A DNA stretch of 64,000 bases. It comes from Eubacteriales bacterium (GTDB taxonomy: Bacteria; Bacillota; Clostridia; Oscillospirales; CAG-272). The first letter of the stretch is position 1. Every line of letters begins with the position of its first letter. The notes under the pieces were generated by a model, which was given only the letters and a program-made list of their open reading frames with translations, made no database searches and was not told where the DNA came from. The position numbers and the translations under genes are program-made. Below are positions 27,039 to 37,297 of the stretch, one piece after another. The stretch is taken from positions 6,347 through 70,346 of the forward strand of contig JAZQHJ010000173.1 in assembly GCA_045540515.1 (NCBI GenBank), given 5' to 3'.

Positions 27039-29351
27039 ATGGAAAAAAAGCTAATCAATTTATATCCAGCAAAGAGCTGGAACGAGGCAACCCCACTGGG
27101 TAACGGACAAATAGGCGCAAGCGTTTATGGCTGTCGCTATGATGAAAGAGTGCTTATAAATCACGAAATGCTCTTTAACTATGCAAAGGGCGCACCTTTT
27201 CCAAACGTGTCCCATGCCCTACCAATCGTAAGAGCCTTAATGGATGAGGGTAAATACGATGAGGCGGAGACCTACTACACAAACGAAATAAAAAAGCACG
27301 GCTTTAAGTCAGAAAAGGGAAAATACTACCCCGCCCTTGACATTCATATGATTTTTGAAGAGGAGGGCGACTTTGAAAATTACAAAAGAGAGCTCGACCT
27401 CGAAAGGGGCGTTTGCACGGTTTTCTACAAGGAAAATGGCGCACAGGCTATGCGTACATTTTTTGTTTCCTCTGTTGATAATTTAGTGGTGTGCAGAATA
27501 AAAAAGGAAGCACCCTTTGACCTTAAAATGACTCTTGAACGTCACGACCTTGCCGATTGCTTTGGTGGGTATTACAAGGACGAGATTACCTCATTTTCAA
27601 GGGATAATTACCTCTATACAAATCTTGAAACAGAGGGCAAGCTCCACTATTCAGGGCTTATTAAAATAATCTCAACCGACGGCGAGATAAAAAAGGGTGA
27701 CGACGTTCAAAAAAGACTTGATATGAGTGGTAATGTCGCACTCAAAAACTATCTTAAAATCGAAAACGCAACCGAAATTTGCTTTGCCTTGAGCTTTGAT
27801 TACATTGCCAAGAAATTTGAGCAAATGAGGGAGGAGCTTGATAGGATAAATTATAGCTATGATGAGCTTTTGGCACGACACGTGGCTAAGTTTAGTGAGC
27901 TTTTTAATCGCACAAGGCTTGAAATTTCACAGGGCGAGAATGTAAGCACCGAGGAGCTTATGCTAGGAGGCTATGCAGGAAGCATAGATACAAGACTGGT
28001 TGAAAAAATGGCGGACTTTGGCAGATATCTTTTAATCTCCTCATCCGTTGATTGTCAGTGCCCTGCCAACCTACAAGGGCTTTGGAATGGTGAATATTCT
28101 CCTGCGTGGTGCTCAACCTACTTTAATAACGAAAATATTCAAATGGCATACTGGCAAGCCTGCGGTGGTGGGCTTAGCGAGGCACTTTTGCCACTTTTTA
28201 ACCTCTATGAAAAATATATGGACGACTACCGCGAGAACGCAACAAATCTCTTTGGCTGTCGTGGTATTTTGCTACCTCTTTTTATGGATAACTCAAATGG
28301 TAAAAAGGACAATTTACAGCCACACGTGCTTTATTGGACGGGTAGCTCTGCGTGGATAAGTGCGATATATTATGACTACTATCTCTATACAAGGGACGAG
28401 GAATTTTTAAGACGAAGAGCATATCCATTTATGAAGGAGAGCATGCAATTTTATGAGGACTTTTTGGTAACCGACGAAAGCGGAATGCTAAAATCCTATC
28501 CCTCAGACTCACCAGAAAACAGACCAAATGGTACATTTAACGGCGCAGGGGAGCTTAGCGTGTGCATAAATCCAACAATGGATTTTGCACTTATTAAGGA
28601 GCTACTTACAAATCTTATTGCATCAGCAAGAGGATTAAATATTGATGCTGATAAGGTACAGGTATGGGAGGATATGCTTGCAAAAATCCCACCATATGAA
28701 ATAAACGAGGACGGTGCAATTAAGGAATGGCTACACCCAGACTTTAAGGACAATTATCATCACCGTCATCAATCCCATATTTACCCTCTTTTTCCAGGTA
28801 TGGAAATTGATAGCGACAGTGGAGAGCTATTTGAGGCAACAAAAATTGCAGTTGACAAAAGGCTTGTTATCGGCTTAAAGGCACAGACAGGCTGGTCACT
28901 TGCTCATATGGCAAACATATACGCAAGGCTAAACGACGGACAGAGCTCCTTGCACTGTCTTGATTTACTTCTTCGCTTTTGCACAGGTCCAAACCTTTAT
29001 ACCTATCACAACGACTGGCGAAATATGGGAGTAACGCTTAAATTCATTCACGGAGATAAGCCACCATTTCAAATTGATGCAAATATGGGCTTTGTCTCTG
29101 CGGTTTATGAAATGCTCATTTATTCAACTCCTGAAAAAATCACGCTGTTACCCGCCCTACCACAAAAATGGGGAAGCGGAAGCATTAAGGGAATTTGCAC
29201 TCGTGCAGGTGTAACAGCTGACATTAGCTGGAACAAAGAGGGCGTAAGCGCAACGCTTGTTGCAAATATTGATACTACCTTTAAGGTAAGAGTGAAAAAT
29301 GGTAAATATAAGCAGGTAACACTCAAAAAGGGAGAAAAATATGTCATTTAA
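27039..29351 (+). CDS. glycoside hydrolase family 95 (alpha-L-fucosidase-like)
   Basis: N-terminal W.EA.PLGNGQIGA and central NLQGLWN blocks are typical of GH95. Confidence 0.8.
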   Translation: MEKKLINLYPAKSWNEATPLGNGQIGASVYGCRYDERVLINHEMLFNYAKGAPFPNVSHALPIVRALMDEGKYDEAETYYTNEIKKHGFKSEKGKYYPALDIHMIFEEEGDFENYKRELDLERGVCTVFYKENGAQAMRTFFVSSVDNLVVCRIKKEAPFDLKMTLERHDLADCFGGYYKDEITSFSRDNYLYTNLETEGKLHYSGLIKIISTDGEIKKGDDVQKRLDMSGNVALKNYLKIENATEICFALSFDYIAKKFEQMREELDRINYSYDELLARHVAKFSELFNRTRLEISQGENVSTEELMLGGYAGSIDTRLVEKMADFGRYLLISSSVDCQCPANLQGLWNGEYSPAWCSTYFNNENIQMAYWQACGGGLSEALLPLFNLYEKYMDDYRENATNLFGCRGILLPLFMDNSNGKKDNLQPHVLYWTGSSAWISAIYYDYYLYTRDEEFLRRRAYPFMKESMQFYEDFLVTDESGMLKSYPSDSPENRPNGTFNGAGELSVCINPTMDFALIKELLTNLIASARGLNIDADKVQVWEDMLAKIPPYEINEDGAIKEWLHPDFKDNYHHRHQSHIYPLFPGMEIDSDSGELFEATKIAVDKRLVIGLKAQTGWSLAHMANIYARLNDGQSSLHCLDLLLRFCTGPNLYTYHNDWRNMGVTLKFIHGDKPPFQIDANMGFVSAVYEMLIYSTPEKITLLPALPQKWGSGSIKGICTRAGVTADISWNKEGVSATLVANIDTTFKVRVKNGKYKQVTLKKGEKYVI

Positions 29352-31326
29352 AATAGAAAACGGAGCACTCATTTACACCTATAATTCTGAGCTTGTAAAA
29401 ATTGAGCCATGGGGCAAGAATGCTTTAAGAGTTAGAGCAACACCCGATGCAAAATTAAGCCAAAAAAACAGAGCATTGCTTGAACAGGAGCCAACAACGG
29501 CAAAAATTGTAATAAATGAAAATGGTGCAAGCATACAAAACGGAAATGCTATTGCAGAAATAAACAAAGACGGAAAAATCACAATAAAAAACAGCAACAA
29601 AGAGGTCTTGCTTGATGAAAGATTAAGATTACAGCCTCTTAAAACCCCTGCAAGATTTTTCAAGCCAAGGCTATGCGGTAGCTACGAGCTAACTATGTCC
29701 TTTGATGCTGACCCAAATGAAAAAATATTTGGAATGGGACAGTATCAGCATCCATTTTTAAACTTAAAGGGCTGTACCCTTGAGCTTTCACACAGAAATT
29801 CACAGGCAAGCGTACCGTTTTACATTTCAAGCAAGGGCTATGGCTTTCTTTGGAATTTACCTGCAATTGGTGAGGTTAGCTTTTCAAAAAATTTAACGAA
29901 ATGGTATGCAAGTGCATCAAGTGAGCTTGATTATCTTGTAATTGTGGATAGCAGTCCTGCAAAAATCGAAAGCACATATATGGAGTGCGTTGGTCGTGCT
30001 CCTATGATGCCTGAGCTTGCAATGGGCTTTTGGCAATCAAAGCTTCGCTATCGTAGTCAAGAGGAGCTTCTTAATGTTGCAAGAAAATATAAGGAGCTAA
30101 AAATTCCTCTTTCCGTAATTGTTTGTGATTTCTTTCACTGGCCTCATCAGGGCGATTTTCGCTTTGATTATGATTATTTTCCAAGCCCAGAGCAAATGAC
30201 GAGGGAGTTAAAGGAAATGGGCACGGAGCTTATGGTATCAATTTGGCCAACAATTGAATTTGAAAGCGAAAGCTACAAGGAAATGCTAGAAAGAGGAATG
30301 CTCATTCGTAACGATAGAGGACCCTCAAATCATACAGAATGCTTCCGCCCAAGCGTGTACTACGATACAACCAACCCGGAGGCAAGAAAATATGTATGGG
30401 ATAAGGTAAAGAAAAATTATTACGATAAGGGAATTAAGCTGTTTTGGCTTGATGAGGCAGAGCCTGAGTACCTTATGTACGATTACGATAACCACCGCTA
30501 TTATGAGGGACTATGCTCGGAGGTGGGAAATATTTATCCTGTTGATTATGTAAAGGGCTTTTATGAGGGACTTAAAGAGGTTAATGAAAGGGATATTATA
30601 AGCCTTGTTCGCTGTGCATGGGCAGGTAGTGCAAAATATGGCGCACTTGTTTGGTCTGGCGATATTATGCCAACCTTTGAGGCATTAAGAGACCAAATTC
30701 AAGCAGGACTTAATATGGCAATTGCGGGTATTCCTTGGTGGACAACCGATATAGGAGGATTTGACTCGGGAGACCCTGCACAGGATGATTATAAGGAGCT
30801 TGTTGTGCGTTGGTTTGAGTATGCAACCTTCTGTCCTGTTTTAAGATTACACGGCTATCGTATGCCATACATTCCTGCAAAGGAGGGCGCAACGGGCGGA
30901 GGACTTTGCTACACAGGTGGCGACAATGAAATTTGGAGCTACGGAGAAAACGCATTTGAGATAATGAGGGAGCATATTTTCCTTCGTGAAAGAATGAAGC
31001 CATACATTAAGGAGCAAATGGAAATTGCGCATAAGGAGGGGCACCCACCTATGCGACCACTCTTTTATGATTTTGATGCCGATAGCAGAGCATGGGAGAT
31101 TGAGGACGAGTTTATGTTTGGTAAATCGCTACTCGTTTGTCCTATTTATGAGCTTGGCAAAAGAGAAAGAGAGGTATATTTACCATTGGGTGCTGAGTGG
31201 ACCGATGCTTACACGGGTGCAAAATATACTGGTGGTACAACCATAATAGCAAATGCACCAATTGAAAGAATACCTATTTTTATTAAGGAAGGCACAGGCT
31301 TTGATGCCGAGATATTTAAAAAATGA
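29341..31326 (+). CDS. glycoside hydrolase family 31 (alpha-xylosidase/alpha-glucosidase-like)
   Basis: FWLDEAEPE and VWSGDI...WWTTDIGGF blocks. The gene overlaps the upstream gene by 11 nt. Confidence 0.75.
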   Translation: MSFKIENGALIYTYNSELVKIEPWGKNALRVRATPDAKLSQKNRALLEQEPTTAKIVINENGASIQNGNAIAEINKDGKITIKNSNKEVLLDERLRLQPLKTPARFFKPRLCGSYELTMSFDADPNEKIFGMGQYQHPFLNLKGCTLELSHRNSQASVPFYISSKGYGFLWNLPAIGEVSFSKNLTKWYASASSELDYLVIVDSSPAKIESTYMECVGRAPMMPELAMGFWQSKLRYRSQEELLNVARKYKELKIPLSVIVCDFFHWPHQGDFRFDYDYFPSPEQMTRELKEMGTELMVSIWPTIEFESESYKEMLERGMLIRNDRGPSNHTECFRPSVYYDTTNPEARKYVWDKVKKNYYDKGIKLFWLDEAEPEYLMYDYDNHRYYEGLCSEVGNIYPVDYVKGFYEGLKEVNERDIISLVRCAWAGSAKYGALVWSGDIMPTFEALRDQIQAGLNMAIAGIPWWTTDIGGFDSGDPAQDDYKELVVRWFEYATFCPVLRLHGYRMPYIPAKEGATGGGLCYTGGDNEIWSYGENAFEIMREHIFLRERMKPYIKEQMEIAHKEGHPPMRPLFYDFDADSRAWEIEDEFMFGKSLLVCPIYELGKREREVYLPLGAEWTDAYTGAKYTGGTTIIANAPIERIPIFIKEGTGFDAEIFKK

Positions 31327-33233
31327 ACTATTTATCGTATGTAAATACAAAAATGGGCACGGAGTCCACACCTAGATTTTCAAGGGGAAATACTCTGCCA
31401 CTTACGGCACTTCCCTTTTCAATGGTGTCCTTTTGCCCTCAGACAGAAATTTTAAGTGAACGACCACAATGGTTCTTTGACCCAAGAAAGCCGTATCTTG
31501 ACGGAATTAGACTGACTCATCAGGCTAGCCCTTGGATTGGCGATTATGGAACTGTTTTAATAACACCGCAAAGCGATTTTATTGCAAATAGCTATAAAAA
31601 TGCAGGCTCATCCTACGATACTAATAAGGCAGAGCTTACTCCAAGCTATTTAAAGGCATATTTTAATCGTGCAAGGTGTGGCTTTGAGCTTACACCAACC
31701 GAAAGAGGCTGTGCAATAAGGCTCGGCTTTGACACGGAGCACAAGAAATGCATCTCTATCCTTGGAGTCCATGGAAATACCACCTTTAAGCTAAGAAAAA
31801 ATATGCTTTATGTCACAAATGACTATCATCAGCAGGGCGACATTAAGGACTTTAAATGCTACATTGTAATAAAGGTGCTAAACGGACTTGATAAAAATGC
31901 CTCGAAAGAGGTTGAAAACGGCTTTCACCTTGCCTTGAATGAGCAAAAAGTGGAGCTACGTGTCGGAATTTCGTACATAAGCCACGAAATGGCGCTTGAA
32001 ACGATAGGGCTTGAATGTGGTAAAAAATCCTTTGATACAATAAAGAAAAACGGCACAAAAATTTGGAATAGCTACCTTGGTAGGCTCACCCCCGAAATAA
32101 GGAGCAAGGAGCAAAAAGGAATATTTTATTCGTGCTTGTATAGGGCATTTTTATTCCCACGCAAGGCATATGAGATAAAAAGGAATGGAGCAAGGCTATA
32201 CTATGCACCATATCAGGGCATGGTAAAGGAGGGAGTGCGCTACACCGACCACGGTGCTTGGGACACTTACAGGACCACATTCCCATTATTTTCACTTGTT
32301 GCAAGAGAGGAATATGAGGAAATTTTAAGAGGAATGATAAGCGACTACAAGGATTGTGGCTATCTTCCACGATGGTCCTCATTTGGTGAGGTTGGCTGTA
32401 TGCCTAGCACACTTGTTGATGCAATCATTGCACAGGCAGTGGCATCTGACATAGGAGATAAGGAGCTACACTCAGACCTGCTTGAAGCAATGCTACACCA
32501 CGCAAATTGTGAAAGTAAGGATAAAAGATACGGGCGAAACGGAATAGAGGCATACCTCAAATTTGGATACGTCCCTGCCGATTTTGAAAAGGAAAGTGTA
32601 AATCTAACACTCGACTTTGCCTATGGCGACTGGTGTATTGCACAGGTGGCTAAGACTCTTGGAAAAAATGAAATAGCAAGCGAATACTTAAAGCGAGGTC
32701 AAAGCTACAAGGCTCTATTCGATAAGGAAACGGGTTATTTTAGACCAAAGGACTCACAGGGCAATTTTGTAAAGGACTTTGACCCAAGCATGTGGGGAGG
32801 GGGATATACCGAAAGTGGAGCATATCAATGCCTATTTGGAGCACCTCATGCGCTTGATGAAATTGCAAATATGCTAGGTGGCAGGGAAGAGGCACTAAAA
32901 AGGCTTGATGAATTTTTAAGCACCGAGCCAACCAAATTCAGAGTTAAAAATTATGGTGGCGAAATACACGAAATGAGTGAAATGGCTCTTTCCGACCTTG
33001 GTCAGTGCGCAATTTCAAATCAACCGTCGTTCAGTATGCCATTCCTACCTGCATACCTTGGAAATAAGAAAAAAACAATTGACTTGGTTGAAAAAATCTG
33101 CAAGGACTATTTTACGATTGACTCCTACCCAGGCGATGAGGATACTGGTTCAATGTCCTCATGGTACATATTTGCCACGCTTGGCAAATTCCCAATTTGC
33201 CCTGGCAAAAGGGATTTTTTCAAATTCAAATAA
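31323..33233 (+). CDS. glycoside hydrolase family 92-like (alpha-mannosidase family), apparently short at the C-terminus
   Basis: N-terminal YVNTKMGT...GNTLPLTALPFSM, plus NQPSFSMPF and GDEDTGSMSSWY blocks. The ORF ends about 20 aa after the last block. It has an ATGA overlap with the upstream gene. Confidence 0.6.
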   Translation: MNYLSYVNTKMGTESTPRFSRGNTLPLTALPFSMVSFCPQTEILSERPQWFFDPRKPYLDGIRLTHQASPWIGDYGTVLITPQSDFIANSYKNAGSSYDTNKAELTPSYLKAYFNRARCGFELTPTERGCAIRLGFDTEHKKCISILGVHGNTTFKLRKNMLYVTNDYHQQGDIKDFKCYIVIKVLNGLDKNASKEVENGFHLALNEQKVELRVGISYISHEMALETIGLECGKKSFDTIKKNGTKIWNSYLGRLTPEIRSKEQKGIFYSCLYRAFLFPRKAYEIKRNGARLYYAPYQGMVKEGVRYTDHGAWDTYRTTFPLFSLVAREEYEEILRGMISDYKDCGYLPRWSSFGEVGCMPSTLVDAIIAQAVASDIGDKELHSDLLEAMLHHANCESKDKRYGRNGIEAYLKFGYVPADFEKESVNLTLDFAYGDWCIAQVAKTLGKNEIASEYLKRGQSYKALFDKETGYFRPKDSQGNFVKDFDPSMWGGGYTESGAYQCLFGAPHALDEIANMLGGREEALKRLDEFLSTEPTKFRVKNYGGEIHEMSEMALSDLGQCAISNQPSFSMPFLPAYLGNKKKTIDLVEKICKDYFTIDSYPGDEDTGSMSSWYIFATLGKFPICPGKRDFFKFK

Positions 33234-33237
33234 TACA

Positions 33238-33262
33238 AGGCACCATTTGGTGCCTTTTTTCT
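33238..33262 (+). terminator. rho-independent terminator
   Basis: Stem AGGCACC/GGTGCCT with loop ATTT, followed by TTTTTT. Confidence 0.8.
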
Positions 33263-33288
33263 TATTTAAATTTAAAATTATTTTTCTG

Positions 33289-33316
33289 TTGAACATTACT
33301 TAAAAGTGCATATACT
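33289..33316 (+). promoter_or_regulatory. SigA-type promoter TTGAAC-N16-TATACT
   Basis: TTGAAC at 33289-33294 and TATACT at 33311-33316, upstream of glmM. Confidence 0.5.
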
Positions 33317-33352
33317 ATTAAAGGTCAAAATCTTTATTAAAAAGGAGAAAAT

Positions 33353-34687
33353 ATGGCAAAATATTTTGGAACTGACGGATTTAGGGCTGAGGCAAACAAT
33401 GGGCTTTGTGCCTTACAGGCATATAAAATCGGAAGATTTCTTGGCTGGCATTATGGTCCTTGCTCCGTGCTTATAGGAAAGGACACAAGAAAAAGTGGCT
33501 ATATGCTTGAATATGCTCTTGCAAGTGGACTTTGTAGCAGTGGTGCAAATGCCTATCTGCTTCACGTTACCACAACACCAAGCGTTTCATATCTTGTTAA
33601 GGAGCAGGGCTTTGACCTCGGTATTATGATAACAGCATCACACAACCCCTACACGGATAACGGAATAAAAATTCTTGATAAAAATGGAGAAAAGCTAAGC
33701 GAGAATGTGCTTTTACAAATCGAGGAATACATTGACAGACAAATGGATGATTTACCACTTGCCACAGGGGACAAAATAGGAGTCGTGCACGATTATGCAA
33801 GGGGCAGAGAGAAATATATAAATCAGTTAGCTTCGTACGGAAAAGCACTAAACGGTTATAAAATAGGACTTGATATGGCAAATGGTGCAGGGTACGATAT
33901 TGCAAAAAGGGCTTTTTCGAGTCTTGGTGCTACAATATTTGAAATAGGAGGAGAGCCAAACGGACTTAATATAAACAAGGGCTGTGGCTCAACTCATATA
34001 GAGTCACTATGCTCCCTTGTAAGGGAAAAGAAGCTTGATTTTGGCTTTGCCTTTGACGGAGATGCTGACAGGTGCATTGCGGTTGATGAAAACGGAAATG
34101 CTGTTGACGGAGATAAGCTTATATACATTTTAGCAAAAGCATTAAAGGAGAAAAACGAGCTTAGCCAAAGCACTGTTGTGCTTACCGTGATGTCAAATAG
34201 TGGCATAATAAAATCCCTTAACGAAATAGGAATAAATACCATAATAACCCCTGTTGGAGATAAATATGTTAGCGAAAAAATGAACGAGCTCTCTCTTTCT
34301 CTTGGTGGAGAGCAATCGGGACATATAATTGTTAAAAAATACAGTAATACAGGCGACGGAATCTTAAGCGCAATCCTTATTGCAAGTGAAATAAAAAGAC
34401 AAAAATTAAAGCTCTCCGAGCTTTGTAAGGATGCTTATGCATATCCGCAAAAAACAAAAAGCGTAAGAGTGAAAAGCAAGGAAAAAATCCTTGAAAACAG
34501 ACACGTCAAGGAGGCTGTTTCAAAAATCGAGTCAGAAATTGACGGTATGGGCAGAGTGCTTTTACGTGCAAGCGGAACTGAAAACGTAATACGAATAATG
34601 GTCGAGTGCAAGAGCACTAAAAAATGTAATGAGTATATAGAGCACCTAGAAGGAATAGTTAGTGAGGTGGATAATGAAAAAAATTAA
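33353..34687 (+). CDS. glmM: phosphoglucosamine mutase
   Basis: Active-site block TASHNPYTDNGIK, the FDGDADR metal loop and a length of 444 aa. Confidence 0.9.
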   Translation: MAKYFGTDGFRAEANNGLCALQAYKIGRFLGWHYGPCSVLIGKDTRKSGYMLEYALASGLCSSGANAYLLHVTTTPSVSYLVKEQGFDLGIMITASHNPYTDNGIKILDKNGEKLSENVLLQIEEYIDRQMDDLPLATGDKIGVVHDYARGREKYINQLASYGKALNGYKIGLDMANGAGYDIAKRAFSSLGATIFEIGGEPNGLNINKGCGSTHIESLCSLVREKKLDFGFAFDGDADRCIAVDENGNAVDGDKLIYILAKALKEKNELSQSTVVLTVMSNSGIIKSLNEIGINTIITPVGDKYVSEKMNELSLSLGGEQSGHIIVKKYSNTGDGILSAILIASEIKRQKLKLSELCKDAYAYPQKTKSVRVKSKEKILENRHVKEAVSKIESEIDGMGRVLLRASGTENVIRIMVECKSTKKCNEYIEHLEGIVSEVDNEKN

Positions 34688-35333
34688 AATAAGCGACCTT
34701 TTTTCAGTTGATACACCATATATTAAGCCTCTTTTTGAGGAATGCACCTACCCATGGGAGCTACTTCCAAAAATCAACGCATACATTCTTACACTGCTAG
34801 AAAATCCACCAGATGAGCTAACACTGCTTGATAATGGAATTTTAGTAGGAAGGGATGTTGAAATAAGTAAGAGTGCAACAATAATTGCTCCTGCAATAAT
34901 TGGCAGTGGAACAAAAATACGTACAGGAGCATATTTAAGAGGTAATGTAATTACAGGAAGAAATTGTGTAATAGGAAATTCAAGCGAGGTGAAAAATTCA
35001 ATTCTTCTTGAAAACGCATCCCTACCCCACTACAATTATGCAGGAGATAGTATTATTGGAAATTATGCGCATATGGGTGCAGGTTCTATATTATCTAACT
35101 TGAAATTAGGTGGCAAATGTGTTATAATACATGCAGATGCTGATTATGAAACAAATTTAAGAAAGGTGGGGGCATTCCTTGGCGATTATGCCGATATTGG
35201 ATGCTCAAGCGTTTTGAACCCTGGAACGATAATTGGTAAGGGCTCTTGCGTCTATCCCTTAACCTCGGTAAGAGGTGTAATTCCAGAAAATTCAATAGCA
35301 AAATCAGCAAATAATATAGTTACAAAGAGGTAA
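34674..35333 (+). CDS. left-handed beta-helix (hexapeptide repeat) protein resembling the GlmU C-terminal acetyltransferase region
   Basis: Start at MKKIK (ATG 34674). Repeated [LIV]G-x4 hexapeptide units are visible (IIGSGTKIRTGAYLRGNVITGRNCVIGNSSEV...). No nucleotidyltransferase N-domain was recognised. Confidence 0.55.
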   Translation: MKKIKISDLFSVDTPYIKPLFEECTYPWELLPKINAYILTLLENPPDELTLLDNGILVGRDVEISKSATIIAPAIIGSGTKIRTGAYLRGNVITGRNCVIGNSSEVKNSILLENASLPHYNYAGDSIIGNYAHMGAGSILSNLKLGGKCVIIHADADYETNLRKVGAFLGDYADIGCSSVLNPGTIIGKGSCVYPLTSVRGVIPENSIAKSANNIVTKR

Positions 35334-35337
35334 GAAA

Positions 35338-36048
35338 ATGAATTTTATTAAGGTAAAGACCTATGAGGAGCTAAGTAGGCTCACAGGGGAGCAAATCGAG
35401 AAGCTTGTAAGAAGCAAGCCAAATTGCGTTTTAGGACTTGCAACAGGCTCATCACCACTTGGCACCTATGCCTACCTTGCAGATAAATGCAAAAATGACG
35501 GACTTGATTTTTCAAGCGTAACATCTGTAAACCTTGATGAATACGTAGGGCTTGACGGCACAAACGACCAAAGCTACCGTTATTTTATGAATGAAAATCT
35601 ATTTAATAAAATCAATATCAAAATTGAAAACACATATGTTCCAAATGGCTGTGCATCCGACCTTGTGAGGGAGGGAAATGAGTACGATGAGCTTATTTGT
35701 CGCCTTGGCGGAATTGATTTACAGCTTCTTGGAATCGGTCTTGACGGACATATTGGCTTTAATGAGCCTGATGAGTTTTTCACAGCAGAAACCCACCCTG
35801 TTTCTCTTGACGAATCAACAATTGAGGCAAATGCAAGATTCTTTGCAAGCAAGAGTGACGTACCAACTAAGGCAATAACAATGGGAATGAGGTCAATTAT
35901 GCAGGCAAAGAGCATTGTGCTTATTGCAAATGGTGCAAAGAAGTGGGATATTTTACAAAAATCACTCTTTGGCAAAATCACACCACTTGTTCCTGCATCA
36001 ATCTTACAGCTTCATCCAAGCCTAACCGTAATATACAGCGAAAGCTAA
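35338..36048 (+). CDS. nagB: glucosamine-6-phosphate deaminase
   Basis: GLATGSSPLGTY and LLGIGLDGHIGFNEP blocks. Confidence 0.9.
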   Translation: MNFIKVKTYEELSRLTGEQIEKLVRSKPNCVLGLATGSSPLGTYAYLADKCKNDGLDFSSVTSVNLDEYVGLDGTNDQSYRYFMNENLFNKINIKIENTYVPNGCASDLVREGNEYDELICRLGGIDLQLLGIGLDGHIGFNEPDEFFTAETHPVSLDESTIEANARFFASKSDVPTKAITMGMRSIMQAKSIVLIANGAKKWDILQKSLFGKITPLVPASILQLHPSLTVIYSES

Positions 36049-36052
36049 AAAA

Positions 36053-36076
36053 ATCCGACCCACGTGGTCGGATTTT
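36053..36076 (+). terminator. rho-independent terminator
   Basis: Stem ATCCGACC/GGTCGGAT with loop CACGT, followed by TTTT. Confidence 0.7.
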
Positions 36077-36094
36077 AAAATAAAGGACATTAAA

Positions 36095-36118
36095 AAGGAG
36101 CGAATTTTCGCTCCTTTT
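36095..36118 (-). terminator. rho-independent terminator of the RNA-repair operon
   Basis: Stem GGAGCGAA/TTCGCTCC flanked by A- and T-runs, directly 3' of the minus-strand gene ending at 36119. Confidence 0.7.
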
Positions 36119-37297
36119 CTAGTTTATAATCCAGCTAACATCGAACGCCTCGTATGGCATAGGTGGCTCTAAACGGCTTAGCATTCTTACAATAACCTCA
36201 TTTGGCACAACGGCACCTCTGCCCTTGTTGCGTTTTAAATTTTCGTTCCACTCGGCTTCTAGAAAAATTATCTTAACCCTTGCGCCATATTCCTCAAAAA
36301 GCGAGATTTTAGAGGCTCTTTGTAATGCGTCAATGCTTGTTGAATTCCAAACAAAGGGCTGTTTTTTTCTTAAATATTCTCTTGAAAGCTCGGTTGCTCT
36401 TGCAAGAACTCTGCCTTGATTTTTTGTTGGTAAAATGCCAAGCTCGATTCTGATGTCATCAAGCGAGACAACGGGCAGATGCGAAAAATTTTTTGAAATA
36501 AAGGTGTCCTTGCCCGTTCCAGGTAAGCCACAGAGCATAATAACATCACCAAAGGACGAATCATAAAGCTCGTCGTTTAAATAGCTTGTTTTACCTTGAA
36601 AATATGCTCTTTGTGAATATTTGTCCTTGAAATTGTATGGAGCATCAAGACAGCCAAGCTCCCTTGCCATTTCGACACAAAGTGCAACTCTTTCAAGATA
36701 ATCGTCCCTGCCTGAGCCTATGCGACCAAGCACGTCGGCTCGTTCAAGTAAGCAAAGCTTATTTATTGAAAACGAGGGCACAGTCTGAGCAATTGATGCA
36801 ATTTTTACAAGCTTTTCTGTGGCATTTTTGTCGCTAAAAGCAAATGGTGGGTAGGAGTGATACCTTATAAGGCTACAAATACATTCCCTCATTTCCTGCT
36901 TTTTGCTTGTGCCACAAAGCCCAAGCTCACGCCACAAAAGCTCCCTTGTCATGCTTGCTCCAACAATTGAATGTCTTGGAGATATGTAGTTGCCATTTTC
37001 ATCGAGCCTTGTGCATTTCGTCTTGCCTATATCGTGCAGAAGTGAGGCAAGAAAGAGAATGGCTTTGTCAAAATCGGAGGCAGACCTATATTCCTCTTGA
37101 CGCACAAGCGCCTCGCAAACAAGCCTTGTATGCTCAAAAGCATCACCCTCGGCGTGGTAAAGCGGGTATTGTGGTGTGCCCTTCATAGCATCAAAAATAG
37201 GACCTAGCGAGGTGGAGTAAAGCCCATTCCAATCAATATGCTCATTTTTTGGCACATAGCCAAGAATCAAGTCAAGCTTAATATCCGCCATAGGCAC
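36119..37297 (-). CDS. HD-domain phosphohydrolase fused to P-loop polynucleotide-kinase-like domain
   Basis: N-terminal HD motif LLHDIGK with an upstream His (YHAEGDAFEH). C-terminal Walker A in MLCGLPGTGKDTF. The gene overlaps the ligase gene by 20 nt. Confidence 0.7.
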   Translation of the reverse strand: MPMADIKLDLILGYVPKNEHIDWNGLYSTSLGPIFDAMKGTPQYPLYHAEGDAFEHTRLVCEALVRQEEYRSASDFDKAILFLASLLHDIGKTKCTRLDENGNYISPRHSIVGASMTRELLWRELGLCGTSKKQEMRECICSLIRYHSYPPFAFSDKNATEKLVKIASIAQTVPSFSINKLCLLERADVLGRIGSGRDDYLERVALCVEMARELGCLDAPYNFKDKYSQRAYFQGKTSYLNDELYDSSFGDVIMLCGLPGTGKDTFISKNFSHLPVVSLDDIRIELGILPTKNQGRVLARATELSREYLRKKQPFVWNSTSIDALQRASKISLFEEYGARVKIIFLEAEWNENLKRNKGRGAVVPNEVIVRMLSRLEPPMPYEAFDVSWIIN

